From positions 1-28,635 of the forward strand of contig JBGCEP010000052.1 of assembly GCA_045106415.1 (NCBI GenBank): 28,635 nucleotides of DNA, read 5' to 3'. A program made the translations under genes and the position numbers. The notes under the pieces were generated by a model. That model searched no databases. It was not told the origin of the DNA and was given only the letters and a program-made list of their open reading frames with translations. Position 1 is the stretch's first letter; every line of letters begins with the position of its first letter. Below, piece after piece: positions 16,853 to 26,262 of this stretch. This stretch comes from Oligoflexales bacterium (GTDB lineage Bacteria; Bdellovibrionota_B; Oligoflexia; Oligoflexales; Bog-1112).

Positions 16853-18190
16853 TTATAGATCAGTGTTATCTAAAGCTTCTTCTAGCATACTATGAAGATC
16901 CATTTCTGCATTTAAATGACGGAACATCATAAACATGCCAATCATTTTCCTATCTAAAAAAACAGCTTCTCTGGGTGGAGGTCTTAATTTAAATGAAAAT
17001 ACAGCATCCTTAGCAAGGCCTGTCATACGGGACAATAAGTCAGTTTCCCCCCATTTATAAAGTCCTTTCTGAAATGGCTCTATCGCTAAACTGCATATTT
17101 TATACATTAACTGAGAAACTTCAGGATTATCGTCTTCTTTAACAAAGCCAAGCTTTATAGCTGCTTTTTTATTCATCTCTAAATCTTGATAAAGCGCTGC
17201 TCTGATCAGTTTAGAAAAAGGCTGGATATATCTTTTAGGAAACTTTCTCATTGCTCCAAAATCTAAAAGCACAATTTTTGCAGTCCCATCTTCGAAAATA
17301 CGAACTTTATAATTTCCAAAATGAGGGTCAGTTTGCACAATTCTCCAATCAAAAATTTCTTTAAACGTTAACCACGCTAAAGAGTATGCTAATTTATTCT
17401 TTGCATTTTGACTTAAAGCTAGAACTTCAGGAGAAGCTAAGTCATAGCCTTCTTCATAGCTCATACATAAAAGTTTCTGCGTTGAGAAGTCCCCAAAAAC
17501 TCGTGGAAGTATATAGTCAGGGTGTTCTTTTAATAAAGATCTATAGAAATCAATCATCTCAACTTCTTTACGGTAATCAACCTCTCTTTTAAGCATCACT
17601 CTAATTTCTTCAAAAATATCATCGACGCCCTCAATGGAGGGCAATAACCTGGACACTGAAAGTATTGATCTTAAGGCTTTCAAATCAGAATCTACAGCAT
17701 CTGACACACCTGGATACTGCACTTTTAATGCCAAGGGTGGAAAACCTTCTCGATTCGCCTTATAAACTTGCCCAAGAGATGCAGCTGCCAGCGGTATAGA
17801 GTCGATATGATAGTTGTCGTATGTCTCTTTCAATTCATTTTTGATCACCTTTTGCATTTCTTCCCACACCACAGGGTCTGACTGAGAATGCAGTTCACGT
17901 AAAACTTCATTGATACTCTCTGGAAAAAAATGTTCACCATATACAGAAAGCATTTGCCCCGCTTTCATCACACTGCCTTTAAGTTGCCCTAATTCTTTAA
18001 CTAAAATTTTCGCTTGTGATAAGAAAAAGGCTTCCATTCTGCCTGAGCTTTCTTTTTGTACGGCTTCTTGAATTTTTGCACCAGCCCATCTTGCTGAACC
18101 TTGCACTGTCATTTGAAATAAAGATGCGCCACGGCCAAAAGTTGAAGATTTTACTTTTTTAATTTCTCTTTTTTTCACAACTTTCCTCAT
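16853..18190 (-). CDS. ABC1/UbiB/AarF (COQ8-like) atypical kinase
   Basis: KxGQ motif (MKAGQ), Ala-rich loop AAASLGQVY, KVQYPGV, QTDPHFGNY, LDFG. Confidence 0.93.
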   Translation of the reverse strand: MRKVVKKREIKKVKSSTFGRGASLFQMTVQGSARWAGAKIQEAVQKESSGRMEAFFLSQAKILVKELGQLKGSVMKAGQMLSVYGEHFFPESINEVLRELHSQSDPVVWEEMQKVIKNELKETYDNYHIDSIPLAAASLGQVYKANREGFPPLALKVQYPGVSDAVDSDLKALRSILSVSRLLPSIEGVDDIFEEIRVMLKREVDYRKEVEMIDFYRSLLKEHPDYILPRVFGDFSTQKLLCMSYEEGYDLASPEVLALSQNAKNKLAYSLAWLTFKEIFDWRIVQTDPHFGNYKVRIFEDGTAKIVLLDFGAMRKFPKRYIQPFSKLIRAALYQDLEMNKKAAIKLGFVKEDDNPEVSQLMYKICSLAIEPFQKGLYKWGETDLLSRMTGLAKDAVFSFKLRPPPREAVFLDRKMIGMFMMFRHLNAEMDLHSMLEEALDNTDL

Positions 18191-18192
18191 TT

Positions 18193-18948
18193 TTATGAAT
18201 TCTGAGCCTTCAGAAACTCTTGTAATTTTTCATCGTCAGACCCACCTTCTTGTGCATCAATTTGCTCTAAAACAGCATCGATTTTTTCCGCGGCTTCAGG
18301 GTCTTCTTCAGCAATGTTGCTACTAGAGCTTCGTAAATTTGATAGAATCACTAATGCAGCCTCAGGCGTTAAGTTCTCTAAACTTTCAGCGCTAATTTCA
18401 TTACTACCTGGGGAAACAGGTATCACAAATTGATTCATATACATCACAGAATAAGCTGATTGATAAATCGAAAGCTGAAATTTCGCTTTTAACTCTAACA
18501 ATTCTGCAGCAGGAATCCTATTCAAGGTGTCTTTAGCTAATCCCACCTTTGTAACTTTCGCCGTATAATCCTCCATCTGATCAGGGTCGGGTTCTGGCAA
18601 AAAAGCACCAATACTATCTAGACCAGAGCCAGAAGACTCACCACTACTCTGGGATTGAGCAATCTCCAGTAAGTCTACTCCACCTTGTAGGGCATATACA
18701 GTTGCAAGTCGTGGATAACGAATATAGACCTCCGGCTCAGCTGCTATTAACGCTTCTAGAAGCTCTTGAGCGGATGAGTAGTCACCACTATTCATCGCAA
18801 GAACTGCTTTTTCATCATCACTTTGAGGCACACATTGCCCCACACCAGAAGCTCCTTCTCCATCTGGACACTCCACCAGACTTTGCAGCCCTTGACACGA
18901 TATCGACCCAATAAAAACAAGAAAAACATAAAAGTAAAACTTTACCAT
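18193..18948 (-). CDS. acidic, helical (TPR-like) putative lipoprotein
   Basis: Hydrophobic N-terminus ending at Cys18 (atypical lipobox SISC); TPR-like segment AMNSGDYSSAQELLE...LATVYA; tight spacing to both neighbours. Confidence 0.75.
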   Translation of the reverse strand: MVKFYFYVFLVFIGSISCQGLQSLVECPDGEGASGVGQCVPQSDDEKAVLAMNSGDYSSAQELLEALIAAEPEVYIRYPRLATVYALQGGVDLLEIAQSQSSGESSGSGLDSIGAFLPEPDPDQMEDYTAKVTKVGLAKDTLNRIPAAELLELKAKFQLSIYQSAYSVMYMNQFVIPVSPGSNEISAESLENLTPEAALVILSNLRSSSSNIAEEDPEAAEKIDAVLEQIDAQEGGSDDEKLQEFLKAQNS

Positions 18949-18958
18949 AGGGATCCTT

Positions 18959-20068
18959 TTAATAACCCGTGGTCAATGAAATCACATAAACCCGTCTCTG
19001 GTCGACTCCTGGAGTTGCTCCATATTCACGGCGATAAGTTGCAGCACTCAAACGAAACAGAATAAAATCAATCTCCGCTCCATATGAGGGAGACCCATGA
19101 TAAACACCACTACTGATCCCTACATATTGCCGCAGCAAAATTTTTGTTCCTGCATAGATTCTTTTAAAGACAGGTTCTCCATAAGCGTTTAGAACATCTC
19201 TATAATCCACACTCAGATGTATTGCATCTGCTTCATTGTGAAGCGTCACACTTGCACCTGTATGAAGCATTTGTTTTTTTTCCAAAGGAGCCCCTGTCCC
19301 AATAAGGGCAAGACCTCCTAAATTTTCCATAACAGCAGCCAAGCGAAAATCAATATTCTGACCTTGTTTAAAAATCAAACTTGCAAAATCCATACCCGTA
19401 CCAGTATTTAAAATAGATTGATCCACCGCACCAGACTGTTCTTGAAGGTTTGCCACAGCTTCTCTGTCGGTCATATCAACAACCGTAAGACTGTCATTAA
19501 TCAAAAGGTATTTAAAATTCACACCAAAAGACAGCCATCGCCAATAACTTTGAGAAGCTATACTTGCAACCCCTCCTGCATAAATCTCATTTCTAGCCAC
19601 AACTGTCGGGCCACCAATTCCAAGATATGGATCACCTTTTGGCCACGCACGAAGGTCAGGATGAGTATTCAAAAAAACTGTAAAACCACCATTATTTAGA
19701 ATAAAACTTACCGTTTGGGACACCCCTATATGAAGAGGTTGATCAACAAGCTTTAAAATATCTTCCTGAGAAACCTCTTCCTCCGCATTATCTCCTTGAA
19801 GCTGACTGCGCGCTGTTTCAACTGAGTCTGCCCCAGCAAAGACACTTGTTTTCACACCTGTCCATCGATAAAAAACTCCGCCATATGGGAGCGTTGCTGG
19901 GTTGCTAATCAGCATCCCCTCTTGTGTCCCTCTAGTCAAAGAGCTTCCCCCTCCACCAATATCAAAAGGGTCTTCAAGCACAGGCTCTACTGTTACAGCA
20001 AAAACGTTATTAATATTCAGCCAGAACAGAAATATGAAGCACATATAGGTCATAAGAATCCTCATCAT
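18959..20068 (-). CDS. outer-membrane beta-barrel protein, TraF_2/FadL/PorV-like
   Basis: Signal peptide from ATG 20068 or 20053, a GGGGS...ISNPA motif like the 'GMGGA...NPA' of this barrel superfamily, amphipathic strands and a C-terminal beta-signal (VYVISLTTGY). The ORF-track extension to 20332 is not supported. Confidence 0.7.
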   Translation of the reverse strand: MMRILMTYMCFIFLFWLNINNVFAVTVEPVLEDPFDIGGGGSSLTRGTQEGMLISNPATLPYGGVFYRWTGVKTSVFAGADSVETARSQLQGDNAEEEVSQEDILKLVDQPLHIGVSQTVSFILNNGGFTVFLNTHPDLRAWPKGDPYLGIGGPTVVARNEIYAGGVASIASQSYWRWLSFGVNFKYLLINDSLTVVDMTDREAVANLQEQSGAVDQSILNTGTGMDFASLIFKQGQNIDFRLAAVMENLGGLALIGTGAPLEKKQMLHTGASVTLHNEADAIHLSVDYRDVLNAYGEPVFKRIYAGTKILLRQYVGISSGVYHGSPSYGAEIDFILFRLSAATYRREYGATPGVDQRRVYVISLTTGY

Positions 20069-20193
20069 TATGAGGTATCGGATCTTTTTAAAGCAGGCGG
20101 CACGGCAAAAACCACACCCTAAATTCTTATGAAAACATGAAACAATAGCATCGGAGGCGATCACAATAGCATACGCTTCATGAAGGAAGAGCA

Positions 20194-20493
20194 ATGGGTC
20201 TTCGCATTTTAAGGGATGACTCCCCTCAATATCAGGAAAAAATTGATCAATTAGCCTCAGACAAACTACAAGAAGAGGCTGAGAGATGGTGTTCTCGCAC
20301 ACACAGGACTCCTGAGGAAAACCACTCTGCACAGCAACACCTCACAGAGGGACGAGAACGTTCACACAACAGCGATGAGCCTATGGCGGAAGTGTTAGAA
20401 AGCGCAACTGATCATATCCAAAAAAACAAACCCAGCCTCGACCAAATCCAAGGTCATATGGACATAGAGAAAATGCTTGCTCTCTTAGATTAA
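20194..20493 (+). CDS. hypothetical 99-aa protein
   Basis: Purine-rich RBS (GAAGGAAG) before ATG; hydrophilic, helical-looking composition; fills the gap divergent from the barrel gene. Confidence 0.7.
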   Translation: MGLRILRDDSPQYQEKIDQLASDKLQEEAERWCSRTHRTPEENHSAQQHLTEGRERSHNSDEPMAEVLESATDHIQKNKPSLDQIQGHMDIEKMLALLD

Positions 20494-20621
20494 AAACAGG
20501 CGACCTCAAATCACTGATTTTACTGTTTACTTAAACACCCTATACTTCTTCAAAAAAGCAACTCGTTCAAAAAGAATAAAAACTTGCCAAGCGCAATAGA
20601 TTTCGGCATAGTCCGGTTGCT

Positions 20622-21869
20622 ATGAGTGAAAAAAAAACCTTTACGGTTCACATTGAAAAAACATTATTTGGCGGTTACGGCCTGACCCACTACGACGGAA
20701 AAGCTTTACTTGTCCGCTCCGCTCTGGCCGGTGACCATGTTGAAGTAAAAATAGACAAAGACGCTCCACGTTACAGAAAAGCTTCCATTGTTCAGCATCA
20801 CACACAACGCAATGAAATGTGCCGCTTTGCCACGTCATGCGGCGGCTGTCCGTGGGATGGGGTCACACCTGAGCAACAACGTTTATGGAAGCAGAGCTTT
20901 GTAGAAGAAGCTTTGTCTCGCGCATCTCTCAAAACCCCTCAAATTCCTCTTCCTCACTCAGGTGATCTCCATGGAGTGCGTCATCGCGTCGAACTCCAAA
21001 TGCAATGGGCAAACGAGCAAGTCACAGTAGGCTACTACGCCCCTCAAAGTCGCCAAATAACTCCAATACAAACATGCCTTGTCACAACTCCGGCTCTTCA
21101 GTCTGTGATTCAGGGTTTATATGAGTTTAAAGCGCAAAAAAATAAACTCGGCCACTACCGCCTTCATATCCAAGAGCTCAAAACTGGCGTGGTTATTTTA
21201 GTCAAATTACCTCTTCACGGCCGAAGGTCATCGCCCTCTAAAGGTTTTCTCCAGTTTTTAAAAAAAATACCTTCTGTGGTTTGGGCTGGAACCTTACAAG
21301 AGAAATCTGAGATCCTACCGTGGGAAGAAGATCTTCAACTCAAGTGGTCAACATCTCCTGGACTTTTTCAACAGGTTCACCGCCCCCTCAACCATAAAAT
21401 GAGACGACTCGTCCAATCATGGGTTGAGCAGCAACGCCCATCTCACATTCTTGATTTATGTTGCGGGAGTGGCAATCTTTCTCTTGCTCTGAGTCACTCT
21501 GACAGAAAAGTCACCGGGGTTGAGTCTAATTCACAAGCCATTGCGGTTGCACAGCATCAGGTTCAAGAAAACAAACTGAATCATATTTCATATCATACAG
21601 CTGCGGCTGAGACCTGGCTCTCTGAGAACACAGATAAGGACTTTGACTTAGTCATTGTTGACCCTCCTCGCTCCGGCCTAAAAGACCTCATCCCTCACCT
21701 GCGGGAGCTAGCTCCTCAGACATTGATTATGATCAGCTGTGATCCTCCTACCCTAGCTCGAGACATACAGCTTCTTGGGGATGAATGGCAGATTAAATCA
21801 ATTGAACTTTTTGATTTCTTTCCCAACACTTGGCATGTCGAAACAGCAGCTCTTCTCACTCGTGGCTAG
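20622..21869 (+). CDS. rlmD: 23S rRNA m5U methyltransferase, RlmD/TrmA family
   Basis: N-terminal TRAM-like domain, Fe-S motif C-x5-CGGC, FQQV, SAM motif LDLCCGSG, DPPRSG, catalytic SCDP, FFPNTWHVE. Exact RNA substrate is inferred. Confidence 0.85.
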   Translation: MSEKKTFTVHIEKTLFGGYGLTHYDGKALLVRSALAGDHVEVKIDKDAPRYRKASIVQHHTQRNEMCRFATSCGGCPWDGVTPEQQRLWKQSFVEEALSRASLKTPQIPLPHSGDLHGVRHRVELQMQWANEQVTVGYYAPQSRQITPIQTCLVTTPALQSVIQGLYEFKAQKNKLGHYRLHIQELKTGVVILVKLPLHGRRSSPSKGFLQFLKKIPSVVWAGTLQEKSEILPWEEDLQLKWSTSPGLFQQVHRPLNHKMRRLVQSWVEQQRPSHILDLCCGSGNLSLALSHSDRKVTGVESNSQAIAVAQHQVQENKLNHISYHTAAAETWLSENTDKDFDLVIVDPPRSGLKDLIPHLRELAPQTLIMISCDPPTLARDIQLLGDEWQIKSIELFDFFPNTWHVETAALLTRG

Positions 21870-21874
21870 ATCCA

Positions 21875-21883
21875 TGTTAGAAT
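21875..21883 (+). promoter_or_regulatory. extended -10 element for fliG
   Basis: TGTTAGAAT (TGn-TAGAAT) 24 nt before the fliG ATG. Confidence 0.4.
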
Positions 21884-21907
21884 ACAACAAAAAATGAAGG
21901 TGTTTCC

Positions 21908-22903
21908 ATGGGAACCAATGCGTTCACAGGTGCTCAAAAAGCCGCTATTCTTTTGTTGTCGTTTGGGGAAGAAATTTCATCAGAAATCTTCAAACACCTC
22001 AACGAGTTTGAGATTAAGAGAATCGGTACAGCAATGAGCCGACTCGGTCGGATGGAACAGGACATCATCGACGAAGTGATGATGGAGTTCTACGACGTTC
22101 TTCAACAAAACAAAACGTTTTTTTATGGTGGCAGCGACTTTACAAAAAAAGTTATTGGTCATGCCTTTAAAGGTGGGGAGGCCGATGAGTTAATTGACCA
22201 GCTCGCCCTTTCTTCCGCCAACCTTGATTCCTTAGAGCTTATTGACCCAAGGACTTTATCAGGTTTTATTCGAAACGAGCACCCTCAAACCATCGCTCTC
22301 ATTCTGGCACACTTAGATCCTAAAAAATTTGGAGAAACCTTAAAGTTCCTCCCAGAAGCTTTGCATACAGAAATTGTTCTTCGTATCGCAAATTTAGATG
22401 CTGTCGCACCTGAAATCATTGATGAAATCGACGATGTCCTTCGAGAAGAAATTCAAGCAGTCGGTTCTATCAACACACAAAAAATTGGTGGTGTCGAACC
22501 TCTTGCAGAGATGTTGAACTTAATAGATAAAGCCACAGAAGAACAGATTCTTGATAACTTAGAAGAAAGAGATCCAGATCTTTCGGAGCAAATTCGACAA
22601 CTCATGTTTGTCTTCGATGACTTAGTCAAGATTGACGATCGCGGCATTCAAGAGCTCATTAAAGTTGTCAGCACCGACAAATGGATGATTGCTCTTAAAA
22701 CTTCATCTGAAGCTGTCCGAGAACTTATCTTTAAAAACATGTCTCAACGCGCTGCTGAAATGCTAAAAGAAGACATGGAAGCAATGGCTGCTGTAAAACT
22801 TTCTGACGTTGAAGCCGTACAGTTTGAAGTCATACAAGCAGCCCGCAAACTCGAAGAGGAAGGTAAAATAATTATCGCAAGTGGTGATTCCACTTACGTA
22901 TAA
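21908..22903 (+). CDS. fliG: flagellar motor switch protein FliG
   Basis: QKAAILLLS, EHPQTIALILAHL, GG linker, MFVFDDL, NMSQRAAEMLKED. Confidence 0.97.
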   Translation: MGTNAFTGAQKAAILLLSFGEEISSEIFKHLNEFEIKRIGTAMSRLGRMEQDIIDEVMMEFYDVLQQNKTFFYGGSDFTKKVIGHAFKGGEADELIDQLALSSANLDSLELIDPRTLSGFIRNEHPQTIALILAHLDPKKFGETLKFLPEALHTEIVLRIANLDAVAPEIIDEIDDVLREEIQAVGSINTQKIGGVEPLAEMLNLIDKATEEQILDNLEERDPDLSEQIRQLMFVFDDLVKIDDRGIQELIKVVSTDKWMIALKTSSEAVRELIFKNMSQRAAEMLKEDMEAMAAVKLSDVEAVQFEVIQAARKLEEEGKIIIASGDSTYV

Positions 22904-22906
22904 AGT

Positions 22907-23947
22907 TTATGTAAAGTACTTTTTTGCCATATCGTCCAAGCTGATTTGCCTGATATTTGGCGCCTGACCAGCTTGTCCGAACTGGATCATACGATCTTTT
23001 ACGACTTGCTGCATCGCTGCTCTCGCAGGTTTCATATAATCTCTTGGATCAAACTTATCGGGAGAGTTTTTCATAAGTTTACGAATTGCACCTGTCATTG
23101 CAAGTCGATTATCGGTGTCCACATTAATTTTTCGAACTCCGTTTTGAATTCCTTTTTGGATTTCTTCAACAGGAACCCCCCAAGTTTGGCGAATATCTCC
23201 ACCATGCTCATTGATAACATCTTGAAGATCTTGGGGCACAGAAGACGATCCATGCATCACAAGGTGAGTGTTCGGTAGTTTTTTATGAATCTCTTGAATC
23301 CGCCCAATAGCAAGAATATCTCCATCAGGCTTACGTGTAAACTTATAAGCTCCATGACTTGTACCCATAGCAATTGCTAATGCATCGACTCCGGTTTGTT
23401 TCACAAACTCTGCAGCTTCATCTGGATTTGTGAGCAATTGTTCTTTAGAAAGCTTTCCTTCAAACCCATGTCCATCTTCTTTTTCTCCTTCACCTGTTTC
23501 AAGGGAGCCTAAACAGCCAAGCTCACCCTCAACAGAAACCCCAAAGGAATGTGCAACATCAACAACTTTTTTGGTTACTTGCACATTATATTCAAAATCA
23601 GACGGTGTTTTCGCATCTGCTTTTAAAGAGCCATCCATCATGACTGATGTAAATCCTTGTTTCATTGCAGAAAAACAGGTTTGAGGGCTATTACCATGGT
23701 CTTGATGCATCACAACAGGGATTTCAGGGTAAAGTTCAACAGCTGCAAGCATCAGGTGGCGTAAAAAAGCGTCTTGAGAATATTGACGCGCTCCTCTTGA
23801 GGCTTGAATAATCACAGGACTCTGCGTCTCACGCGCTGCTTCCATGATTGCTTGAATCTGCTCCATATTATTTACGTTAAATGCGCCAACACCGTATTGA
23901 TGTTCAGCAGCATGATCGAGCAGTGTACGAAGGGGAATAAGTGCCAT
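22907..23947 (-). CDS. fba: class II fructose-bisphosphate aldolase (CbbA-like subtype)
   Basis: [53 protein letters not shown] 23947 follows AGGAG. Confidence 0.97.
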   Translation of the reverse strand: MALIPLRTLLDHAAEHQYGVGAFNVNNMEQIQAIMEAARETQSPVIIQASRGARQYSQDAFLRHLMLAAVELYPEIPVVMHQDHGNSPQTCFSAMKQGFTSVMMDGSLKADAKTPSDFEYNVQVTKKVVDVAHSFGVSVEGELGCLGSLETGEGEKEDGHGFEGKLSKEQLLTNPDEAAEFVKQTGVDALAIAMGTSHGAYKFTRKPDGDILAIGRIQEIHKKLPNTHLVMHGSSSVPQDLQDVINEHGGDIRQTWGVPVEEIQKGIQNGVRKINVDTDNRLAMTGAIRKLMKNSPDKFDPRDYMKPARAAMQQVVKDRMIQFGQAGQAPNIRQISLDDMAKKYFT

Positions 23948-23984
23948 GAGATCGTCTCCTAGAGTTGTGCAGACGAACATTAAA

Positions 23985-24536
23985 TCATAAATCCCAACGA
24001 ACTAAAAGGATTGGCTTTTTACTTGATGATTCGTAAGAGAGCATACTCTTCTTTAATGCGGTTCCCCACCTATAACCTCCAACACCTCCTGCCTTTGGAA
24101 GAACTCGATGACATGGAATAAAGCCAGCAAAACGATTTGCTCCAATAGCATTTGCCACAGCTCTCGTTGCGTTAGAGTGGCCAATCTTTTCTGCAACCTC
24201 ACTATAAGAAAAATTTTCGCTCCACTCTATACGACAAAGTTGCATCCAGACTTTTTGTTGAAACGGTGTTCCGTTAAGGGAAAACCTCAAAGGATGAGTC
24301 CACCTGCCTTGCAATCTATTTTCAATTTCTTGTTTCCACTTTGGAATTTGATGCGCTTGGGATTTCAGTTCTTCAGGTGAGAAAACACCAAGCTCAACAG
24401 CTATGACCCGATCACCATGAAATGATACTTTCATATCAACAGCGATCTTCCATGGAGTTTTTATAATAAAAAATTCCGCAGACAAACAAGCCATAGGTGG
24501 TGCGAACACCAGTTCATCAACCAACAACAAAGACAC
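23985..24536 (-). CDS. ogt: methylated-DNA--protein-cysteine methyltransferase
   Basis: [15 protein letters not shown], active-site PCHRV, GGYRWG; GTG start after GAGG. Confidence 0.93.
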   Translation of the reverse strand: MSLLLVDELVFAPPMACLSAEFFIIKTPWKIAVDMKVSFHGDRVIAVELGVFSPEELKSQAHQIPKWKQEIENRLQGRWTHPLRFSLNGTPFQQKVWMQLCRIEWSENFSYSEVAEKIGHSNATRAVANAIGANRFAGFIPCHRVLPKAGGVGGYRWGTALKKSMLSYESSSKKPILLVRWDL

Positions 24537-24606
24537 GTTAACCTCTACGGATATCGAATTTAAAAAATTTCACATATAATCACCAAAACAATACACAGGG
24601 GTTCGT

Positions 24607-25650
24607 ATGGTGATGATTCTACTTTGCTTTCTTTCTTTCAGCAGTCCATTATCAGCAACCTCCAAAGAAACAGACATAAAACCACAGCAGGCTACATCCT
24701 CACAAGAAAAAGAGAAAAGCTCTCCTCCTGACACTCTTGAAAACCCCATCAACGCGACTCCTCGATCAACAGATGTCTTTGCTGAACCCTTTCCTCTATT
24801 TGATTCTCATCGGCAGCCTGGCCACATCGGGCATTATGTTTTACTTCCTTGGTTATCTCAAACGTTTCCAGGCTTTGGTCAACTCTACTATGGACAATAT
24901 TCACAAGCACTCACGTTGAGCGGTGTTGCAATGAGCGGCATTGCTCTTATTAAATATTCCAAAATTACAACCGCAGATCTTGTCCAACTCCAAGAAGAAA
25001 GCAAACTCAATGAAAGCAGCCCATTTCTTACAAAAGACGACCACCTCCGCTACTACCTCACTGGCGCAAAACTATACGGGACTGCCGGCGACTTATCTGC
25101 GTATCACAGTTTCCGAACAGCTGTTCGGAAAAACCCTAAATATGGTGATTTCTCATTCTTAACTCATGAAGAAAGTCTATCAGATATTCTTTACGCTCCT
25201 CTGCGATATGAATTTTTATCACGGCCCAGCACCCTCGGGACACTTGCACTAGCTATGGTTGGGTTATACACCTCAAGACCAAATCACCTCAACGAATCTG
25301 ATGGTCTTTTTACAGCTTCAGTATCTCTTATGGCTGGTACAGGTGAAGAAGCTTTCTACCGTGGCTGGCTCCAGCCCGTTTTATACCACTACACAGGAAA
25401 TAGTGTGATCGCCAATGCCCTACAAGCCGGACTGTTCTTTGGGGCCCATTCCCCTGGCTCTTTTATTCATTTTTTAGCTGGTTTATGGTTTGGCCATCTC
25501 ACTCAAAAAAACAACTGGACTCTTTCAGAGTCTGTTTTTATCCATACATGGTGGGACGTTCTCGCTCTAAGTTCTGCATTCATCACATCACATCAACACC
25601 CTGAACAAAAAATGAGAGTTCAAATTGAACTCCCAACTATATTTTTCTGA
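24607..25650 (+). CDS. CPBP/Abi (CAAX protease-like) glutamic endopeptidase with an N-terminal extension
   Basis: EExxxR (GEEAFYRG), FxxxH (FFGAH) and HxxxD (HTWWD) motifs; N-terminal signal-like sequence. Confidence 0.85.
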   Translation: MVMILLCFLSFSSPLSATSKETDIKPQQATSSQEKEKSSPPDTLENPINATPRSTDVFAEPFPLFDSHRQPGHIGHYVLLPWLSQTFPGFGQLYYGQYSQALTLSGVAMSGIALIKYSKITTADLVQLQEESKLNESSPFLTKDDHLRYYLTGAKLYGTAGDLSAYHSFRTAVRKNPKYGDFSFLTHEESLSDILYAPLRYEFLSRPSTLGTLALAMVGLYTSRPNHLNESDGLFTASVSLMAGTGEEAFYRGWLQPVLYHYTGNSVIANALQAGLFFGAHSPGSFIHFLAGLWFGHLTQKNNWTLSESVFIHTWWDVLALSSAFITSHQHPEQKMRVQIELPTIFF

Positions 25651-25673
25651 TACGTTTTATTCAGTATCAACTT

Positions 25674-26186
25674 TTAATCATTGCACTCAACAACTGCTTT
25701 TGAGGTGTTTTCAAGAGCTTTATCTTGATTTATTTCCCAAACATCAGCTGTGTCACACCCAGCTACAACCCTATTATTTCCGCCAGACCCAGAAGTTGCA
25801 GTTGCTGTAAACCCAGTGTTTCCATTTCCTGTACTCGCATATGCATATCGAATCGTTGTTTCAGTACCGTTACATGGGCTTAAGTAAAACCCAAGATCGT
25901 TGGTCACATTAGAGCAGCTCCCATCAACCGTGCCGGTCGTGGGCATTGTAGCAAACTCTTCGTTGTCTCCAAAGAAAGAGTGCTGCAATGTATAAACATG
26001 AGACAAATTATTTTTAGCTTCAACCTGACGAGCTTTTGCTCTAAAAATTTCAAACCTAGGAACAGCTATCGTTGCTAAAAGACCAATAATAGCGACAACA
26101 ATCATAAGTTCCACAAGGCTAAACCCAGCTTGATTGCGGGAATTGACAACTAACGACGTTCTCACGTGGTTTCTTATACTCTGCAT
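25674..26186 (-). CDS. type IVa pilin (PilA-like)
   Basis: Prepilin cleavage motif G|FSLVELMIVVAIIGLLATIAVP, KARQVEAK, four Cys in the head domain; ATG 26186 follows AAGGA (170 aa). Confidence 0.92.
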   Translation of the reverse strand: MQSIRNHVRTSLVVNSRNQAGFSLVELMIVVAIIGLLATIAVPRFEIFRAKARQVEAKNNLSHVYTLQHSFFGDNEEFATMPTTGTVDGSCSNVTNDLGFYLSPCNGTETTIRYAYASTGNGNTGFTATATSGSGGNNRVVAGCDTADVWEINQDKALENTSKAVVECND

Positions 26187-26235
26187 AACAATTCCTTTTC
26201 TCTTCTCACACACCATTCGCTTCCAACATAGACTC

Positions 26236-26262
26236 TTGTCGGATTTATTGGGTAAAGATTGA
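26236..26262 (-). promoter_or_regulatory. sigma-28 (FliA)-like promoter of the pilin gene
   Basis: Minus strand TCAA-N15-TCCGACAA, compared with the consensus TAAA-N15-GCCGATAA; about 50 nt upstream of the ATG. Confidence 0.55.

Noticed and set aside
20069..20332. N-terminal 88-aa extension of the barrel ORF
   Set aside because: It precedes a clear signal peptide and overlaps the better-supported + strand 99-aa ORF.
20604..20620. sigma-54 site before rlmD (CGGCATAGTCCGGTTGC)
   Set aside because: GG-to-GC spacing is 12 nt instead of the required 10, and the site abuts the start codon.
22907..23947. CbbA-like aldolase as evidence of a Calvin cycle
   Set aside because: This subtype is common in heterotrophs, and no RuBisCO or phosphoribulokinase gene is nearby.
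24607..25650. 'Abi' domain as an anti-phage system
   Set aside because: The CPBP/Abi name does not imply abortive infection, and there is no defence-island context.
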